A stretch of DNA of 64,000 bases from an uncultured virus (IMG/VR IMGVR_UViG_3300009376_000004) (Duplodnaviria > Heunggongvirae > Uroviricota > Caudoviricetes): the IMG/VR virus record IMGVR_UViG_3300009376_000004; one strand, written 5' to 3'. The translations under genes and the position numbers were made by a program. The notes beneath the pieces were generated by a model. That model had not been told where the DNA came from and ran no database searches. It worked only from the letters and a program-made list of their open reading frames with translations. Of this stretch, positions 8,870 to 19,267 are shown piece by piece (position 1 is the first letter of the stretch; every line of letters starts with the position of its first letter).

Positions 8870-11868
8870 TGTCCTCGAAAACGTTTGACAAGTTTCTCGA
8901 TCAACAGATTAAAATCCTAAAATCAAAGGCTAGTGAAACCGAAGATGTGATGGGATTACTTGTAGGTGAACCTCAAACATCACAAGGTGGTAAAAAGATT
9001 AAAGGCACATTGGCATATGCAGGTGTTTCATTGAATAATAGATTGTATCTTCCTGAAGAATTAAAAAAGGGAGATGGTATGACAGTTCCGTTAATTCTGA
9101 ATCATGCTTCAACAGCTGGTGCAGAGGAAGAATTAGATAGACTTCCACAAGAATTTAGAACTGGATTAGAACAAGGCAAAGAGATGCGAGTAGGAGAGGT
9201 TTCATTACAATGGGACGCAGAAAATTTAACACTTTACTATACAGGTGAAGTTGTAGATCAATTTTTCCAAAGGGAAGTAGATGATGCTCATATGGCAGTA
9301 TCATTGGGAATGTATTATGATTCTGATAGCCCACAAGTTTGTGATGAATCATGCTATACTGTAATAAAGGGTGCAGAGTTTCACGAAGTATCTTTAGTTT
9401 ATCATCCCGGTTTTCCAATAGCAACCATAGAAGCCTATGAAGCATTACAAAGAAAAACAAGACTTGGAGAATCATTGGTAAAGGTAAAATTTAATGAGGG
9501 TATTACAGATAACTTAACATTTAGAAATTATAACGATCCATTAAGATGTAAGATTTGTGGGACACAATTTTTCAGTGAAGATCATCTAGCAAAGCATATG
9601 AAGAAAACAGGTCATAAAGAAGAGGAAAAACCAGAAAGAGAGATAACAAATGACTTGCCACCAAAGGAACAACCAGATAGATCATACTTTAGTCAAAGAG
9701 GAATGTCGGAATCTTTATTTGCAAAAGCAACTGAAGATTCACTAATTAAAATTGAAGATGACGAAGATGACGATACACAGGTAACTGTTTTAGATGAATG
9801 GAAGAATGAAACCCATCCCGATAAAAACGGAAAAACCGAAGGCATAAGAACAACAAAAGCAATCGAAATTAATGTAATGACCAATTATGAGGAAGATGAA
9901 ATGCGAAAAGGTTATTTTATTTGTAAGAGATGTGGTGGAACAATCCGAGATATACCCAAAGAAGAAACTGGTCAGGGTAAAGGGATGCTAGAATTACATC
10001 TAATTGGACATGATCGAGATGATAAGAATAAAAATGCAAGAGATGGTCATAGAGAAAGATATGACAATATGAAAAAATGGTGGGAGAAACCAATAGCAAG
10101 TGAAATTTATCAGCAAGGAGGACAAGACAAAAATGATTATGACTTTGGAGCAGATGAAAGGAAATATTATGAAAGACATTCTGGTAAAAAGTTTTCAGAA
10201 CTAACTGAAGAAGATTTAGATCTTATTGATGAGAAAGCTGGTAGTGGTGAAATCCCAACATTCGAGGAATCGTCTTTTGTGGATGAAGCATATGGAGAAG
10301 AATCAAAATCAAATGAAGATGTAACTTTTGGAGATATGGAAGAGTTTAATCAAATAGCTCGTATTGGATTTGGAACTGAATATAGTTCAACAGGGAATGG
10401 TAGTAAATTATTAAGAGATGCATTTAACTCATTAGGAAGTCAATACAATGCTAAATGGCGTATAAATGGTGGTGTGGGTCATGGGATTTTTAGTGAATCT
10501 TGTTCATTTTGGGTTGACAGAAAATATGCATCAAATCTTGTCTTAGAATTGAAAGCACTTGATGGTTCGGCTTGGGCAAAAGATGGGGTCGTAGATCGTT
10601 GGACACCGAAAGTTACTGGTGCACGCATCATAGGATATGTGAATGATTATGGGGAGAATAAAACAAAAGCAGTAGAGATGCCAGAATTAGTTATTTCAAG
10701 AAGGCAGGGAGAAAACATATTGGCAATATTACAGGAAGAATTAGAAGAATTGAGAGCAGAGGAACCTAAAGATTACAACGCGATAGGCAGGGTTAGATTA
10801 TTAATAATGAAAACAAGAAAAGAAATATATCCAGATCAAGATCCATATCTTACCATTGACCTAGATTATAAAAAATTAGAAGATCAAGAATCATTATGGA
10901 ATACAAAAAAGGAAAAGGAAGACGTACAAAGATATAGTCAATGGGGTTGGAGAGATCCACACGACCAAACAATTCATAATCCAGATGGATCTAGCAGTAG
11001 TGATCCTGTATATAATAGAACAGGTGCTATGAGGGATTCCAAATATCAGCATGATCATATTGAAGATAGCCAAACTGATAATTGGAGTAGAGGAGGTTAT
11101 GGTGATAGGAGAGAAGGTCAAATAATACACGCTTGGCAAATGTTCAGAAACCAATTAAAACCATTCAATCCAGATGATATGGAAAGAACATTTTCACTAT
11201 GGATTAACTTTGCACAGAATCAGGGAATTTCTTATGAGAAAGCAAACCAACTTTGGAAAGATCAAGATATAGAATCAATGAAAGGGAGTAGTTTGGGTGT
11301 GAAATCTTCAATGGGTTGGGAATCATCATGGAAACATTGTAAAAAATGTAATCAGATGAGGAAATTTAGTCAATCATATGATCATTCTACTGGAACAAGA
11401 GTTATTGACCATAAACCAGATGAACGGGGTGGATTATATAGAATCAATGATGGAGATCCACAACCACGCTATTTACAATATTGTGAAACTTGTGATATGC
11501 CAGATGAGGACGAAGTAACTAGAACAAGTCCGATTTTAATAACAGAAGTAATCTATTGCAATTATTGTAATAAAACATTCCCTGAAAATAATTGGCAGAA
11601 GAAAGAACAACATGAATTAGATGATCATGGTGGTAAGCAATCAAAATTATTTGAGGGTGTAGATGATATAATATCCCAAGTTAAAAAAGCACAGAAGAAA
11701 AGAAAGAGAGAAAAATCAACAGGTGATCAACTCATTGACGAATTAACAGGAGGTGGTAGTTTCTTTAAAGAAGATCCAAGACATATGCCAGATTGGATGA
11801 AAAATATAGATATGTCAAAGGCAAAAAAAATAACATTTGGAAAGAAGAAGTCTAAAAAGAAGCGGTAA
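8869..11868 (+). CDS. Prohead (maturation) protease fused to an ~800-aa modular acidic extension
   Basis: N-terminal IKG..GVSLNNRLY..EL, PLILNH (His), AVSLG (Ser) and FHEVSLVYHPG give the HK97/T4-type prohead protease pattern. C2H2 fingers and KAxE motifs follow. Confidence 0.85.
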   Translation: MSSKTFDKFLDQQIKILKSKASETEDVMGLLVGEPQTSQGGKKIKGTLAYAGVSLNNRLYLPEELKKGDGMTVPLILNHASTAGAEEELDRLPQEFRTGLEQGKEMRVGEVSLQWDAENLTLYYTGEVVDQFFQREVDDAHMAVSLGMYYDSDSPQVCDESCYTVIKGAEFHEVSLVYHPGFPIATIEAYEALQRKTRLGESLVKVKFNEGITDNLTFRNYNDPLRCKICGTQFFSEDHLAKHMKKTGHKEEEKPEREITNDLPPKEQPDRSYFSQRGMSESLFAKATEDSLIKIEDDEDDDTQVTVLDEWKNETHPDKNGKTEGIRTTKAIEINVMTNYEEDEMRKGYFICKRCGGTIRDIPKEETGQGKGMLELHLIGHDRDDKNKNARDGHRERYDNMKKWWEKPIASEIYQQGGQDKNDYDFGADERKYYERHSGKKFSELTEEDLDLIDEKAGSGEIPTFEESSFVDEAYGEESKSNEDVTFGDMEEFNQIARIGFGTEYSSTGNGSKLLRDAFNSLGSQYNAKWRINGGVGHGIFSESCSFWVDRKYASNLVLELKALDGSAWAKDGVVDRWTPKVTGARIIGYVNDYGENKTKAVEMPELVISRRQGENILAILQEELEELRAEEPKDYNAIGRVRLLIMKTRKEIYPDQDPYLTIDLDYKKLEDQESLWNTKKEKEDVQRYSQWGWRDPHDQTIHNPDGSSSSDPVYNRTGAMRDSKYQHDHIEDSQTDNWSRGGYGDRREGQIIHAWQMFRNQLKPFNPDDMERTFSLWINFAQNQGISYEKANQLWKDQDIESMKGSSLGVKSSMGWESSWKHCKKCNQMRKFSQSYDHSTGTRVIDHKPDERGGLYRINDGDPQPRYLQYCETCDMPDEDEVTRTSPILITEVIYCNYCNKTFPENNWQKKEQHELDDHGGKQSKLFEGVDDIISQVKKAQKKRKREKSTGDQLIDELTGGGSFFKEDPRHMPDWMKNIDMSKAKKITFGKKKSKKKR

Positions 11869-11873
11869 TTCAT

Positions 11874-14800
11874 ATGCCATTCAAATCAAAGAAGCAACAA
11901 AGATGGTATAATGCAACTGATCAAGATTTTTTAGATGATAAGCCATCTTCGCATAGACAGGTAGAAAATATTTCCTTTGCTGATGAAGTAGAAAAGAAAT
12001 GGTTTTGTAATCTTTGTAATATGTCCTTTGAAGATACGCCTGACGTTGAACAAAGAAAAAAAAGACATGAGGACTTTCATAAAGATGAATCAGTTGGAAA
12101 GGCAGGTGCAAGACGAAGAAATTGGACATTCGGAAAAGTAGATTGGGACTTTAAAGAAGATAGAAACAAAACGAGTATGTATGAAGTCAAAAAGAAAAAA
12201 GAAATCAAAAAAGAAATGCTAAAGGAGATGATAGAGGAGGAAAAGAAAGCAGATGAAGTATCAAAAGCACCTCATAATACATGGAGTTGCCCAGTTTGTA
12301 ATGATGTTTTTGATAATCAATGGCAATATCATCCACTATGTGAAGATTGTCGTTTGCCAGATTATTACAGAAAGTATGGAGATAAGGGTGCGAAATATTA
12401 TGAAGGTGGAAAAGACAAAATTTATCCTACATTACCAGAAGATTCACACGTTACTGTTGATCTTTCAGAAGCACGAAGGCGAGATTTTGGAACAGAAGAA
12501 TTTAAGGAAGAAGATCATCCGAGAGATGAAAATAATCAGAAGTTCGTAAAGAAAGGTGGTGGTAGTTCTTCAAGTGATGTATCAGGAAAAGATGCCATGC
12601 TAAAAGCATTAAAAGAAAAACCTTTGAAGCCAAAGGATATAGTAGATAAATTTGGTGATGTTAGTATTTTGGAAATTGAGAGAGAGGGAAAAATATTTTA
12701 CGATGATGGAACATGGAAACTCGTAGGTCATAAATATGATAGTAAGATTCCTGCTGGTGTTCTAGAAAAGGATATGGTAGAAAAAACAAAAACTGCTTTA
12801 GATTTACAAGATGAAATAAGTGATAAACAAAAAGGTAGAATAGAAAATCATTTTAAACGTAATAAAGAGGCAATAGAAAAATCCGATTATACAGATATGT
12901 TACAAGACTTAGTAACTGATTTTTCTGATATGCAAGAAAAGATAGCAGATAAGAGAGATGGTTGTGATTATGATTCAAAGACAGATACTTTTGGTGAATA
13001 TGGAGAAATGTTATGTGGTGCTAGTACGACAGCAATATGGCAAGAAAAGATTGACCTATCATCTGTCAGTAATATCTATCATGGCGTTGTTAATAATAAG
13101 GAGGGAAACCATAGACGGCATCCAAACTTTGAAAAAATTGGTCATGTGTTCCTACAATTAGATGATGGAACAATAGTAGATCCATCTTATGGTCAGATGT
13201 ACCCACCAGATGTAAATATAAATTCAGATTTACGATTAAGAATTATAAGTCCTGACGATCCTGAACATGAAAAATATTTACCTGAATTTAGAGATTATCC
13301 ATTTCTTAATACAACAAGAAGATTAACAGAGGACAATAACTATGGAAAGGATCTTCCGAGATCTCGGGTTATGAGCTTAGGAAAGAGTGAAGCAGATAAA
13401 AAAGCCTCAAAGGTTAGATTGAATATGAATCCAAAAAATGTTAATTTAATTAGTGGGTTTAGTTCCGATGAGGAACGAGCAAAAGTAAAGAAAGGTATGA
13501 GTGATGAATGTCTTTGTATTTATTGCACAGGAACAGAGTTATCCACAGAAACAGGAACAACTGATGGAGCTATCAAAGGTTGGATTACTAGACGAGCTGG
13601 TGGAAAAGGTGGAATAGATGGATCTGATAAATTATCTCCCAATGAACAGGAAAAACCAGATATAGATCCTAATGAAATTCAGATCATTGGAGATAATGAT
13701 AAGCGACTTGAAAAAATGATTGATAGTATGATGAAGAAAGAGTATAACGCATATCTAAAGGGAAAACCACTTAATGATGAAGCACGAAGAATAGCATACT
13801 TGGATAAAAAATATGATGATGTTTTTTCTTTACAAACTTCAAAGGTATTCCACCCTAGAAATGCAACAGATTTAGATTCGATATTTGGTGCTAATAGTAT
13901 TTTATTTCCGAATGATACGAGTGAAGATGCAAGTGGAAGGTATTTTAGTGATGTTAAAAAATCAGATATTGCAAAATTAGATCCTTATCAAAAAGCTTTG
14001 TTTAATAAAATGAAAAGAATACATGAAGCCATTGAATCCGATGATAGTATAAGAAAAGTAGGATTCCCACGTTCAGAACTAACTATTGAAACAACTAGAA
14101 ATTATAGGCTTAACTTAGAGAAAAGCTATATGTATGCATCGGCACAAAAAAAAGAGAGAGATGTAAGAGAATTTGCTGATCGAATAGGAACAGAAGTTAT
14201 TACACCATTGATAAATTCTAATGTTCATTTGTATTATATTCAAAAGGATAAAACAGGAGAAGAAGATGAAAAATTCTTCCAAGAAAGAATGTCCGATAGG
14301 TTAGATGCCACATATAATGAATTGAAATATATGAACAGTAAAAATATTTGGACAAAAGAATTGGGAAGACAGATGAATTTGAAACTCTACGCAAAGAAAG
14401 GACATTTCAAACCATCGGACTTTGACCTATCTGATATAGAAAGTGGAGATTTTCATGCTAACGCATTTTGGAGTAGAAACGGAAACAGTATAAACATATT
14501 TGATAATCACCCAAGAATACCATTTAGAAGTCCTATTTCACAAACTCTTGCACATGAATTAACACATTCAGTTTATGATGCTAGAAAACATCAAGCAGAT
14601 AGTGATCCAGCTATCAAAGCACAATTAGATGAATTAACACGTATTGCCGAAAATATAGATCCAAAAATTGTAGGAAAGTATCTTGGCAGTTATGCAAAAG
14701 GCTATGTTGATATATTCCGTAAGGAAGGCAGAAAAGGGTGGGGTATTAATCTAGAAACCGAATTACTATCAGCGATAACTGATAAAATTAATCCTAGATA

Positions 14801-15278
14801 TGGTTGGATATTTAGACAGGCGAGAGGTAAAACATACACAATAGCAACCATGAAAAAACATATGCCAGAATTGATGAAAGTATATGAAAAATTATTTGGA
14901 GAGGAACATAAATGGGAGGAAGATCCACCTTTAACAAGATTAAAGCGGTCGGATCCAAAAGATGAAGATGACGAAGAAACGCTATCTTATTTCCCTCGAG
15001 ATGGATATGACGATAGTACCGAATCGGTTGGTATAGAGTATGATGTTCAATTCTTAGATTATAATAGAGATATCGTGCCTAAAGAAGAAGCAACACAGGT
15101 TATAAGGAAAGGTTATCAGAATAATGAGTTAATCATTTTTGAACATCTAGAAAAATCTGAAAATGCAGATGAAGTAGGCGGTCAGGTGGCAAAAAGTGAG
15201 ATAATTGGATCAGATACTGTGAAATATGGCAAACTTGACCCTAAAAAATACTTAAATGATATTTCATGGTCAAACTAA
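11874..15278 (+). CDS. Multidomain (polyvalent-like) head-associated protein: C2H2 finger, transglutaminase/papain-like Cys-His-Asp domain, HExxH zincin
   Basis: MPFKSKKQQRW N-terminus; EEDHPRDENNQKF; LCGAST..GHVFLQLDDGTIVDPSYGQ; LAHELTH..ETELLS. Confidence 0.65.
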   Translation: MPFKSKKQQRWYNATDQDFLDDKPSSHRQVENISFADEVEKKWFCNLCNMSFEDTPDVEQRKKRHEDFHKDESVGKAGARRRNWTFGKVDWDFKEDRNKTSMYEVKKKKEIKKEMLKEMIEEEKKADEVSKAPHNTWSCPVCNDVFDNQWQYHPLCEDCRLPDYYRKYGDKGAKYYEGGKDKIYPTLPEDSHVTVDLSEARRRDFGTEEFKEEDHPRDENNQKFVKKGGGSSSSDVSGKDAMLKALKEKPLKPKDIVDKFGDVSILEIEREGKIFYDDGTWKLVGHKYDSKIPAGVLEKDMVEKTKTALDLQDEISDKQKGRIENHFKRNKEAIEKSDYTDMLQDLVTDFSDMQEKIADKRDGCDYDSKTDTFGEYGEMLCGASTTAIWQEKIDLSSVSNIYHGVVNNKEGNHRRHPNFEKIGHVFLQLDDGTIVDPSYGQMYPPDVNINSDLRLRIISPDDPEHEKYLPEFRDYPFLNTTRRLTEDNNYGKDLPRSRVMSLGKSEADKKASKVRLNMNPKNVNLISGFSSDEERAKVKKGMSDECLCIYCTGTELSTETGTTDGAIKGWITRRAGGKGGIDGSDKLSPNEQEKPDIDPNEIQIIGDNDKRLEKMIDSMMKKEYNAYLKGKPLNDEARRIAYLDKKYDDVFSLQTSKVFHPRNATDLDSIFGANSILFPNDTSEDASGRYFSDVKKSDIAKLDPYQKALFNKMKRIHEAIESDDSIRKVGFPRSELTIETTRNYRLNLEKSYMYASAQKKERDVREFADRIGTEVITPLINSNVHLYYIQKDKTGEEDEKFFQERMSDRLDATYNELKYMNSKNIWTKELGRQMNLKLYAKKGHFKPSDFDLSDIESGDFHANAFWSRNGNSINIFDNHPRIPFRSPISQTLAHELTHSVYDARKHQADSDPAIKAQLDELTRIAENIDPKIVGKYLGSYAKGYVDIFRKEGRKGWGINLETELLSAITDKINPRYGWIFRQARGKTYTIATMKKHMPELMKVYEKLFGEEHKWEEDPPLTRLKRSDPKDEDDEETLSYFPRDGYDDSTESVGIEYDVQFLDYNRDIVPKEEATQVIRKGYQNNELIIFEHLEKSENADEVGGQVAKSEIIGSDTVKYGKLDPKKYLNDISWSN

Positions 15279-15279
15279 C

Positions 15280-17286
15280 ATGGGTAGGAAAGCAGATAAG
15301 GTTAAGGAATCCCTTAACGAAAACATCAAAGCTCAGTCACTACTGTATGAATTTCTAGACGCAAATCCGAAAGGAACTGGAACAGAAGCATTCAATTTTC
15401 TGACCAAGCGTAATATTGGAAATAGAACAGCAATCGAAACTATAAGAAAGTATGGACGGGAAGACGACACTACTACTAATAACACTATCATTCCACCGAC
15501 ACCAGATGTAGCATCTGTATTTACGGAGGATGGTAGATTAAAAAAAATAGAAACACCAAATACAGCATTAGAAGATGTATCACTACCACCAGCTAGTGAT
15601 ATACCAACCGAAAAAGACACCCCTTTAAATACTAATATAGTGAAAGAAGCGAACAATAAACAGTATATGACTAGCGAAAATCGAAAGAAAAAGCAAGTTG
15701 AAAACGAAGATACTGAAATGCCAAATGCAAAAACAGCACCAGTTCAAGCACCTGTGGAAGAATCACAAGCTGACGGTACTTATGCAGACGGCGGAAGTGG
15801 AAATTGTGATGAGAAAAGTCAAACTTGGAATCCGAACACACGACAGTGTGAACCAAAAGATTCAGGCACATTAGAACAGAAGCCACCAGCAACTGTTTCT
15901 AGTAATGTAGAATCAAACGTTCCAAATGCAGACATAGCATCAGAAAAAAGACGAGTTCAAGAATATTACAAGAAATTGGATAGACTTGAAGCAATGCGAA
16001 ATATGAAAGTAGCAGATGCAAGAATTTCTGCCAAAGAAAAATTCCTGAAAGAGAAACGTCTTGACAGGCTAATTCGAGAGGCAAAATCTGGAGTTCAAAG
16101 AAGAGCACCAGTTGTATCACGACCAGCTATGAAAATTGGAGAATCTGTAAAGAAAATTTCAGCAACAGAAGCTGAAGTAGCAGGACCAGTTTCATGGATG
16201 AAAAACGTGGCACAAGAAAAGAATGTATCACCTTCTTATGTTTGGCACGTTAATAAGCAAAGAATTTATGATCAAGCAGGAGAACGCTTTGTCAAAGACT
16301 TTGATGCTAACGAAAATGCAAAATACACTCCATTGACCGAAACACAGAAATCTGTGGCATCGGAAACAGTTTCAGGACCAGCTTCAAACGACTTTATGCG
16401 AATCATGTCGGAACAAGTATTAGTCTTACCAAACGGTAAAGTGGTAACACCAATTAGACAATTCTGTGAAACCAAAGTTCTAGCACCCGGAACCAAAGAA
16501 GCATTCTTCTATGACTTCGGAGCAGTGACCTTTAGTGCAGTAACAGAAGATGGATCCACACAGGTAGGAGAATCCGCAGTTTCTATAAGAAGCAGTGGAG
16601 GATCAGCAACACCTAGAGGAACAAAACTAACTATTGGTTACACACAACTGGAAGAAAGCCCAATAGATATTGTTTCTGCCGCAAACAGATCTTACGCACT
16701 AGAATCAGTAAATGACGAAAGTGTAGAAGTTCTATCACGTGCATTCAACGATGATGTTGGATCAGGTGGAGATGCGACTAACAGAAAGGATAAAGGTGGC
16801 GGTGTAAAGACAAACAGATGGGTAGATCATGCAGGATCACAAGTAACCGCAGATGCCTCTGGATTAGGAAACTTAACCTTTGCAGGTTTGGTTGCCGCAA
16901 AAGGAGTTATCGAGGACGAGGGACTTGACCCAAGTAACTTAGTTACATACACGACAGGAAAAGCAATAAGAGATTTGATATTCGATCCAGATTTGGATTC
17001 CTTCATATCATTCAGCAGACCAGCTATCATCACAGAAGCTACTGTTGAGAGAATTGCAGGAACAAACGTAGTTCGTTCATCAGCTCCAGCCGCAGGTACT
17101 CAAGCCAATTCATCTAGATCAACAATGTTCGTTCCGAATATTGCATTTGGATTAATTACAGGTAGAGATCTGACAATGGAAGCACAAAGAAGAAACGAAC
17201 TTCAAGTAGTATTCTTGACTGGAACACAAAGAATTGCAGGTTTTGTAAAGAACGTAGAAGCAACTTGTAGAATATCTCACTTGTAG
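15280..17286 (+). CDS. Major capsid protein (HK97 fold) with long N-terminal scaffold/propeptide
   Basis: The C-terminal ~306 aa (TPIRQFC, VTE, LEESPID, IAGTNVVRS) fit an HK97 MCP. Start moved to ATG 15280 (TATA-like CTTAAAT at 15251). Followed by a hairpin, T-tract and a head-tail adaptor gene. Confidence 0.85.
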   Translation: MGRKADKVKESLNENIKAQSLLYEFLDANPKGTGTEAFNFLTKRNIGNRTAIETIRKYGREDDTTTNNTIIPPTPDVASVFTEDGRLKKIETPNTALEDVSLPPASDIPTEKDTPLNTNIVKEANNKQYMTSENRKKKQVENEDTEMPNAKTAPVQAPVEESQADGTYADGGSGNCDEKSQTWNPNTRQCEPKDSGTLEQKPPATVSSNVESNVPNADIASEKRRVQEYYKKLDRLEAMRNMKVADARISAKEKFLKEKRLDRLIREAKSGVQRRAPVVSRPAMKIGESVKKISATEAEVAGPVSWMKNVAQEKNVSPSYVWHVNKQRIYDQAGERFVKDFDANENAKYTPLTETQKSVASETVSGPASNDFMRIMSEQVLVLPNGKVVTPIRQFCETKVLAPGTKEAFFYDFGAVTFSAVTEDGSTQVGESAVSIRSSGGSATPRGTKLTIGYTQLEESPIDIVSAANRSYALESVNDESVEVLSRAFNDDVGSGGDATNRKDKGGGVKTNRWVDHAGSQVTADASGLGNLTFAGLVAAKGVIEDEGLDPSNLVTYTTGKAIRDLIFDPDLDSFISFSRPAIITEATVERIAGTNVVRSSAPAAGTQANSSRSTMFVPNIAFGLITGRDLTMEAQRRNELQVVFLTGTQRIAGFVKNVEATCRISHL

Positions 17287-17318
17287 ATATAGAGCATTGA
17301 TATTGAGAAGTATCAGTC

Positions 17319-17362
17319 ACTTGGATAAAACCAAGTCAAAAATTCTCTTTTTTTATATTTTT
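17319..17362 (+). terminator. Hairpin plus T-rich tract after MCP
   Basis: ACTTGG-ataaaa-CCAAGT inverted repeat (17319-17336) followed by a pyrimidine/T-rich stretch. Confidence 0.5.
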
Positions 17363-17387
17363 AATAACTAGCAAAACAACGATAGGT

Positions 17388-18041
17388 ATGGCACATTACG
17401 CTACATTGTCAATGGTAAAGCAAAGACTTCGAGTAGAAGATACTACTCTTGACGATGAATTATCTGGCTATATTGATGAAATTGATACATATATCAATAG
17501 AAAACTTAGAAAGACATTAGGATTCAGAAACGAATATGGAGATGATATATCATTACCTTTAACGACTTCAACAGTTCCAAAACTTACATATGATCTTAAT
17601 ACTGTCGCAAATGATTTAGTTGTAGGAAAATTCAGACATGAAACCACAGCAGATTCAGCTTTATGGGATAAGGCAGATAAGGAATTGGAAGAATATCTTG
17701 CTAATGAATTTGGTTGGGGAGAAAGTGGATCATTCAAGATGAATCCATCTATAACATTCACACCTACAAGTGGTAGTGCAGGTGCAACTGTAACTGTAAG
17801 TGGAACAGAGTTTGGCGTAAGAAATAAACTGAAAGTATATTTCAACGGACAGGAAATGAATACATCACCAGATCCTTTAATTTCAGGAGATATAGGCGAC
17901 TTTTCTTCTACGACATTTACAATTCCAGCAGGTACTGGAACAGGTACATATGAATTAAAAGTAGTTGGCGTAACGCCTAATGATTGGAAAAAATTTGGAT
18001 TAAAAACAGGACACGCAAGACATAGATTCAGGGTGGTTTGA
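17388..18041 (+). CDS. Head-tail adaptor (gp6/gp15-like) fused to an IPT/TIG Ig-like domain
   Basis: YATLSMVKQRLRV..DDEL..YI N-terminus typical of adaptors; C-terminal PTSGSAGATVTVSGTEF Ig-like motif. Confidence 0.7.
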   Translation: MAHYATLSMVKQRLRVEDTTLDDELSGYIDEIDTYINRKLRKTLGFRNEYGDDISLPLTTSTVPKLTYDLNTVANDLVVGKFRHETTADSALWDKADKELEEYLANEFGWGESGSFKMNPSITFTPTSGSAGATVTVSGTEFGVRNKLKVYFNGQEMNTSPDPLISGDIGDFSSTTFTIPAGTGTGTYELKVVGVTPNDWKKFGLKTGHARHRFRVV

Positions 18042-18251
18042 TTGGTAGAAGTTGAATTGACAGAAACCGATTATCTGCAATTAGAAAAATGGTTTGGATT
18101 GTTATTTGGTGGAAGATCAAAAGAAGTTAAAAGTAATATTGAACCTGATGGAAGTGATAAAATATTATTTCAAAAATTATCTGTAATGCACTTAGCATTA
18201 ATGGAAGAGCAAATGGAAGAAATAGAAAGTATGAGGGATGATGATAAATAA
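18042..18251 (+). CDS. Hypothetical protein
   Basis: TTG start abutting the upstream stop; coupled to the next gene. Confidence 0.55.
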   Translation: MVEVELTETDYLQLEKWFGLLFGGRSKEVKSNIEPDGSDKILFQKLSVMHLALMEEQMEEIESMRDDDK

Positions 18252-18460
18252 TGGCTAATTCTGGAACAGGTACAAGAATTTTAGCACAATTAAGTGGTGG
18301 TAATAAAACAGTTCAACAATTACTAGATAATATTACAGTTCCGAGTGGAAAGAAAACCAAAAGACATCAATTAAAACATTGGCTAGAATATCTTAAAACA
18401 CAGGGAACGATAAGTATGGCTAGTGGAACAAAATGGCATAATGCAACATGGAGTAGTTAA
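18251..18460 (+). CDS. Small basic protein, possible winged helix
   Basis: ILAQL..KTVQQL..LEYLKTQGTI pattern; TAATG coupling on both sides. Confidence 0.5.
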   Translation: MANSGTGTRILAQLSGGNKTVQQLLDNITVPSGKKTKRHQLKHWLEYLKTQGTISMASGTKWHNATWSS

Positions 18461-19230
18461 TGGCTTCTAAAACTGCTACGCAGATAAAGACCACGTTAGA
18501 AGCACTGACATATCCATATGTAGTTAGATTTTATACTTTTGAACCAAAGTTTCCCGTCTATCCTTATGTTTCAGTCATAAAAACACAACCTCAATCTACT
18601 ACAAGTGAAAATATAACTGATATTACAAAGACAGAAACCTTTGAAATAAAACTTCATGTTAGATATACGAGATCACAAGCTGATGAGGAAGCCGACCAAA
18701 CCACAATAGAAAATTCCATATTATCTGCCATTGAAACCCAAGACTTTGGTACTTCCTATTTATTCTCGGAAACGAAAAGATGGCAAAGAAATGCGATAGA
18801 TAGACCAATTTATGGTAGCACAAGTTCTATCACAATTTCAATTACCGAGAAAGCTTCTACGACAGGATCAGGTATTCTTGGTGCTGAAACAAGTCTTGCA
18901 ATTTCAGGTGGATCAACAATAAAAATTTTAGGATTAGATCAGAGTGAGGGAGTTGGTGTTGTTTCACATCATATAGACAGTGGTGAGGTACTTCGAGATG
19001 CAACTACCTTTGATAGAGGACAGATAACTATAACCTATGAATCAAGTAATGCAATAGATTCTGAAATAGCAACCATTAGAGATTCAGGAGATGATAAAAA
19101 TATAACATTAACAAAAAAGGGAAGTGCCAAACAATTTGTGGTTAAATTTGGTCAAACATCTAAAAGAGGACAATTTGATAGTGTTGAGAGAGCAACTACA
19201 ACATTATATGTTCAGGGAGTATGGACTTAA
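18460..19230 (+). CDS. Tail completion/terminator-like virion protein
   Basis: FPVYPYVSV motif and position between the adaptor and tail tube. Confidence 0.5.
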   Translation: MASKTATQIKTTLEALTYPYVVRFYTFEPKFPVYPYVSVIKTQPQSTTSENITDITKTETFEIKLHVRYTRSQADEEADQTTIENSILSAIETQDFGTSYLFSETKRWQRNAIDRPIYGSTSSITISITEKASTTGSGILGAETSLAISGGSTIKILGLDQSEGVGVVSHHIDSGEVLRDATTFDRGQITITYESSNAIDSEIATIRDSGDDKNITLTKKGSAKQFVVKFGQTSKRGQFDSVERATTTLYVQGVWT

Positions 19231-19267
19231 AAAAAATGCTTAATTATCATATAGGGGATTATTAGTC

